DNA from: the human T2T-CHM13v2.0 reference genome, Homo sapiens
Direction: 5' to 3' (one strand)
Assembly: GCF_009914755.1 (NCBI RefSeq)
Contig: NC_060930.1
DNA length: 64,000 nucleotides
Positions 58,046-64,000 of this stretch are shown in pieces. The notes below the pieces were generated by a model. That model did no database searches. It worked only from the letters and a program-made list of their open reading frames with translations, and was not told the DNA's origin. The translations under genes and the position numbers were made by a program. Each line of letters opens with the position of its first letter. Positions within the stretch are counted from its first letter, which is position 1.

Positions 58046-58474
58046 TGAGTAGCTGGGATTACAGGCATGTGCCACCAGGCCCAGCTAATTTGTTTTGTAT
58101 CTTCAGTAGAGACGGGGTTTCACTATTGGCCAGGCTGCTTTTGACCTCCTGATCTCGTGATCTGCCCACCTCGGGCTCCCAAAGCGCTGGGGTTACAGGC
58201 GTGAGCCACCTCGCCCAGCCAGGTCTACGCATTTTGTAAGCACATGCTGTCCATTTGAAAGGCTGGTTCTTGCTCCAGTCGTTGCAATTAAGCCATTTCC
58301 TACTTTTGCAACACCAATACTAATTAGCTTTTAAACTTTTACCATTCATTATTAAATAACCTTATACTCATATCACAGGCTTTTTGGTGAAGGAACCGTT
58401 TCACAGATCTCTTCTGTTGTGTTGTGAGGAATACAATAAGAAGGAATGATAGGTGGCTTCCTCAATACCAAATC

Positions 58475-59690
58475 TGTATTAGGGTTCTCCAGATAGACAC
58501 AGCCAATAGGATATGTATATAGATACATGAGAGGAGTCTTACTAGGGGAATTGGCTCACGTGATCACGGCAGCTGAGAAGTCTCTCCACAAGCCATCTGC
58601 AAACTGGAGACCCTGGGATACCAGTAGCGTGACTCAGTCCAAGTCCCAAGGTGTCGGCGCCAGGAAAGCTGATGGTGTTGTTACAGGAAACAGACCCCAA
58701 GAAACGGTTCTTGAATCTCGCGGAAGAAAGAATGCAGGGCGAGTCCACAGAGTAAAGTGAAAGCAAGTTTATTAGGAAAGTAAAGGAATAAAGAACGGCT
58801 ACTCCATAGACAGAACAGCCCTGAGGGCTGCTGGTTGCCCATTTTTATGGCTATTTCTCAATGATATGCTCAACAAGGGATGGATTATTCATGCCTCCCC
58901 TTTTTAGAGCATGTAGGGTAACTTCCTGATGTTGCCATGGCATTTGTAAACTGTCATGGCACTGGTGGGAGTGTAGCAGTGAGGACGACCAGAGGTCACT
59001 CTTGTTGCCATCTTGGTTTTGGTGGATTTTAGCTGTCTTCTTTACTGCAACCTGTTTTATCAGCAAGGTCTTTATGACCTGTATATTGGGCTGACCTCCC
59101 ATCTCATCCTGTGACTTAGAATGCCTTAACCATCTGGGAATGCAGCCCAGTAGGTCTCGGCCTCATTTTACCCAGCTCCTATTCAAGATGGAGTTGCTCT
59201 GGTTCACATACCTCTGACAATGTAACTCTCAGTTCAAAGCTGAAAGCCTCAGGACCCAGGGAGCCTCTGGTCTAAGTCCTGGAGTCCAATGGCCAATCAG
59301 CCTGGGTTCTGATGTCCAAGGCAGCAGAAGAAAAGTCTGTTCCAGCTCTCAGAGACCAATTCATTTGCTGTATTTGTTCTCCTTGGGCCCCTGGTTGAGT
59401 GGGTGGTGCCTGCCAATATTGAGGGCAGATCTTTCTAACCGAATCCACTCAGACTCACACACTAATCTCCTCTGGAAACACCCTCACAGACACACCCAGA
59501 ATAATGCCTTACCAGGCTTCTAGGTATTCCTGAAGCCAATCAAGTGGATGCCTACAATTAAGGTGTCATTAATTAAGTCCACGAGTCCACCCCTTGTCAA
59601 CCTGTACCCATAGGCTCTCCTTAAGTCATACTTAATTTAATAAAGGCAGTAACAAAGTAATAGGTCCCCCTAACATGATGCAACTATCCC
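58475..59690 (-). mobile_element. MLT2 (ERVL) LTR plus adjacent ERVL internal 3' fragment, split by MER41
   Basis: tgtattagggttctccaga...gccaatagga...ggaattggctcacgtgat; agtccaccccttgtcaac follows the LTR. Confidence 0.75.
58679..59219 (-). mobile_element. MER41A-like solo LTR (ERV1)
   Basis: TGTTACAGGAAA...CCTCTGACA termini, 541 bp, 4-bp TSD gtgt/atgt. Confidence 0.85.
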
Positions 59691-59821
59691 ATAATTGTGA
59701 TTTTGGGGATTTTAGATGTTAGGGATTTGGACTTCAGGGATTTTAATCTTTAGGGATTTAGACTTTAGGGATTTTGATCTTTCATCGTTTAGGATTATGG
59801 CATTTGAGACTGTGTCTTTGA

Positions 59822-60198
<377 letters not shown>

Positions 60199-60321
60199 CT
60201 CTTTTTCAGTTTCAAACTGAGACTGGGGTGACCTTCAAAATCCTGCTCTACTTTCTCCTGGAAATTTCAAATTCTCCAGAGTCGTTCCAGTACCTACGTG
60301 CTCATGATGTATTTATTGGAC

Positions 60322-60402
60322 AGATGGATGATTGGATGGGTGGTAAAGTAAGATGGATGGATGTTTGGTGGCTAGATGGGTGGATGGATGGATGAATGAA
60401 TG
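60322..60402. repeat. Degenerate (GGAT)n repeat
   Basis: gatggatgattggatgggtgg...ggatggatggatgaatgaatg. Confidence 0.7.
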
Positions 60403-60939
60403 AGACTTGGATAAGGAAGTGAACTCCTTTCTGTTGTTTTATCTTTTTTTTCTTCTGCTTTGGGAAGTGGAGCCCCTCAGCTCTTGCCTGGTCACCTTGT
60501 GGCTTTTACCATCCTCATCCCCTGTGCCACCCACATCCTGCCACTTCTGCATGGAGTTGGGGTGGGGCCATTGGAGAAAAGAGGTTAAACAAGCAGTAAT
60601 TTACTTGAGTACAGTCTTTGAGCCAATGAAATGCCAGTCATCATTTCCCAGGGGTACTTGTCATCTTGTCAACAACCCGCTGATAATGCTCCTTCAATGT
60701 GAATAGCAAAAGTAGGGAGAGACGCTGAATGAAGAAGATGCCTACCCCTCAGGAAGACTGCTGTCCGCCTCCAGGCCTGCATGCACACACCCATGCCCAC
60801 CTGCACCCCCAGCACCACGCCCACACTCACTCGCACACACCCACATGCCAGTGTTTTGGGGTTGGCAGCCTGGACACTGCTGAGGCAAACACAAGTCATC
60901 AAGCATAATTCTCATTCTCTCCTTCTGTCTCTGTTTTAG

Positions 60940-61018
60940 TTACAGGAATTTGGTCAGTTTAGAGGATTTAATAAGTCCGTGGAAAATTTGTTTCTGTCTC
61001 TTGCTACCCACGTGAAAA
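60940..61018 (+). CDS. SYTL3: SYTL3 coding exon 6 (linker; gene continues beyond the window)
   Basis: Long pyrimidine tract + tag| acceptor, A|gtaagt donor. Encodes [26 protein letters not shown](K), in frame with exon 5. Confidence 0.9.
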
Positions 61019-61219
61019 GTAAGTGCATGCTTCATGATGTGTTTTCCCACTACCTTCCAGGCCAGCCGAGCCCACTGGCCAGGGCCTGGCCGGTGACCTC
61101 GGTTGACACTGTCCCTCAGGCCACTCACTTTGTCTCTGGACCCTGGGGAAAGCCACAGCACCTGGCCCTTCATCTCTTTCCCAACAAAGCAGGCCTCTGG
61201 TTCCTCATAGGAAGAGAAA

Positions 61220-61526
<307 letters not shown>

Positions 61527-62738
61527 TCAGGGAATCTAAAACCAGAACCTTTCAGGCCAGTAGGGCCCAATTATCTATCTATTGTCTGCATGGAATTACT
61601 TGCCTTTCTCCTCTCCTCCTTGGTAAATGTATTTTCTTCAGTTAGCAGTAATCCTGTGATTTGCAGATGCATGTAACCTAGAACCACCTCCACTTGCAAT
61701 CTTGTGTCTTTCAATGTTCTTTCTGCTCAGATACTTTTTTCTCTGTTTATCTTAAAATTCAAGTCCCAGAGGACAGACTCCTTTTCATGCCTCCTAAGAT
61801 GCCCAGGGCTGGTCAGGTGTTTAGAAAATGTCCTTAGTGTGCTCAAGGGTCCTTAGGCATGGATTTCTCTTTCACTGTGTTTCTGCTCGGCTTCTCTTCA
61901 TCATCCCCTTTTCTGTAGTTGCATGCGGATGGTCTCAGTGCTGCACTTGGCTCTGAGACAGTCTCTTTATATGACTTTAATTAGTTGTCCGTATTCCTCA
62001 TGAGCCCTGTCTCAGCTGTCACACGATGACAATGGACATCAAAGCACTGCTCTTCAGATGAGCAGAAACAGTCGTCTCATGCAATGGTCTGTTCCTTTCT
62101 TAGGGAGGAAGCAGCTGAATTTCATGGGCCTGTTTGCTAAGAGCGTTTGGTGGCTTAAAAATCACTGTTTCCATCCTGCTGGGCTCTCTGACAGTAACCC
62201 CTGCTCTGTGCCCCTTGGCCTGGAACGTGTTTTCCAGCTGTCCCGGCTGCCTCTTCTCTTGTTCTCTTGTGGGTGCTATTTTCCCACCCACCCCCTTGTA
62301 TTTGTCATGTATGGGTGGGTGCTAGTTCACCTTCCCTGTATGTCTTTCTAGGTGCACAGCCCTTCTCCAAATCTATGTGGCTTCTGTGAATTGTCTTCCA
62401 CCACTGCCACTATAGAATCAGTGCCTTGGAGTTAGCCCCAACCCTGTCATCCCCCAGCCACCGAAATCCAGAGAGGTGGGACACACACGTCAGCACACAT
62501 GCACCTTCCTGGATGCTCCCAGCCCTGCACACAGGTTCATTGGATATGCTCACAGCTGTCAGGTGGCCACCCCAGAGCCTGGCCTGTGTACCTGCTCACA
62601 CACTTGAGCACTTGAGGCTAACCAGTGTAATACCCAGGTGGACAACTAGAGCTAGTCCCTGGGCGAGGTGTGGGGGAATTCACAAGAGCAAAACAGCAAG
62701 CATCCCTTCTCAGATATGGAAAGCAGACTGAAACCGCA

Positions 62739-62739
<1 letters not shown>

Positions 62740-62788
<49 letters not shown>

Positions 62789-62792
62789 GCAC
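62740..62792. repeat. (CA)n microsatellite (about 22 units, then cacg variants)
   Basis: Direct reading. Confidence 0.95.
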
Positions 62793-64000
62793 CCAGCACC
62801 CCCCATACCCCCCCACCACCCCCACCCCCTGCCCAGAGGCAGAGATAGAAAACCCCAGCTTTCTGGCTGCTGGGAGTGGTGCTTGGCCTCTGACCTTTCC
62901 CGAGTGCTTCCCCTGTTTCTGCAGGAACAGGACACGTGACCACACACACGCCCTTCTCCCGTCTCTGCCACAGGACACTTAGCGTCCTGTAGGCGCTGAC
63001 TCCTATTTCTTTGGATTTTGAGCTCCTCTTCTCGTGCTCCTATTATCTTATTGGCTGCCTGTTTCCCCACGGAAGTGGGTGCAGAGGGAAGCCTCATTCT
63101 GAGGGGAGGAAGATTGGCACCTGAGGTCCTCGGGGAGGGACTGTAGAGGGCCCCAGACTCTTCACTGGCCCAGGTGCTGAAGGGTGGCTTTGCCCCTGAG
63201 GGGTTTTGAAAGGTGACCCAGAATTACAACCTCTAGCTGCTGATGCTGCCCAATGAAGTCAAACCAGCGGGAGGAAATGAGTGGCTGCAGCTCTGTCTAT
63301 TATCAGTACGTTTCTAGAAGATGTCAGCACTGTAGTCCCCCTTAGAAAGGGGAAGAGGAAATGAGAAAACTGGTCTTGCCCAGAAGCAATCTGCATTTCT
63401 TTCTCTTCCTTATCCTTTGTCCCCTAATAATACTGACCTATAAGCCTATTTCTTAGAGCCCAAATTTCTCAAGAAGGCTTGTCCTCTCCCCTCATCTGTG
63501 AACTTTCAATGGCCCAAATAGGCCCAGGCTTTGGGATGGGCACTAAGAGATTGCTGGGGGACCAGTTCCTCCTAAGGGCTTAGAAATTAGAGCCCCTCAC
63601 AGCCTCACAGTCCAGACTGAGATGGACCATCTGAGCGTGTCCTTTACTTTGTCCACTTTGAGGACCTGGTGCGTACTAGTGCCTTACGAGCTGCTGGCCT
63701 TAGAAAGATCCCCCAGTGTTTCTTGATGGTCACCTTGAGGACATGGGGATGGCATTGCTATCAGAGGAGGCTAGGAGGCATCCTGGTGGAAAAGCTGGAC
63801 ACCCCAGCCGTTCCCTCTTTAGATGAAAGAGATACTGCAAGACTCATTCTTGGGCAGTGTAGGCAGGAGAGAACGAATACATAGTGAGAGGATAGAGGAT
63901 TCATGCAATAACATCCCAAGGAGGTGGATCCAAAGCCAGCCGGGGGGTCAAGAGCCACAGTGTCCATTGCAGTGGCCTCTAACCACGTGTTGCTCTTGAG

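Noticed and set aside
58679-59219. MER41 as an interferon-gamma/STAT1-inducible enhancer
   Set aside because: This copy reads aaaaaggggagg|catgaataatcc on the LTR strand, so it lacks the tandem GAS (TTCCNGGAA) segment of MER41B. It looks like the MER41A type.

Overview
Human (primate) genomic DNA carrying the 5' half of SYTL3 (synaptotagmin-like 3 / Slp3, a Rab27 effector) on the + strand. I find two or three putative 5'-UTR exons (8502-8618, 9983-10045, 10438-10501) and six coding exons (10502-10611, 12629-12847, 30158-30222, 54371-54422, 55462-55531, 60940-61018). These splice in frame to about aa 1-198: the Slp-homology domain with its Zn finger and TGEWF motif, then linker. The C2 domains lie beyond the window. 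The rest is intron, dense in Alus (about 50), L1 fragments, ERV/MaLR LTRs, DNA transposons (including a nested Ricksha) and two G-rich VNTRs. Almost all ORFs in the track are Alu, L1 or VNTR artefacts. I see no evidence of a new multi-gene system. The best second-look items are: a stop-start-coupled uORF chain in the SYTL3 leader; an AluY-L1 chimeric insertion with a nearby 86-bp identical templated L1 patch; a twin-primed old L1 carrying a double-hairpin templated insertion; and a VNTR built from Ig switch-mu-like GAGCTGGGGT motifs. Repeat subfamily names come from recalled consensus sequences, and repeat boundaries are approximate.
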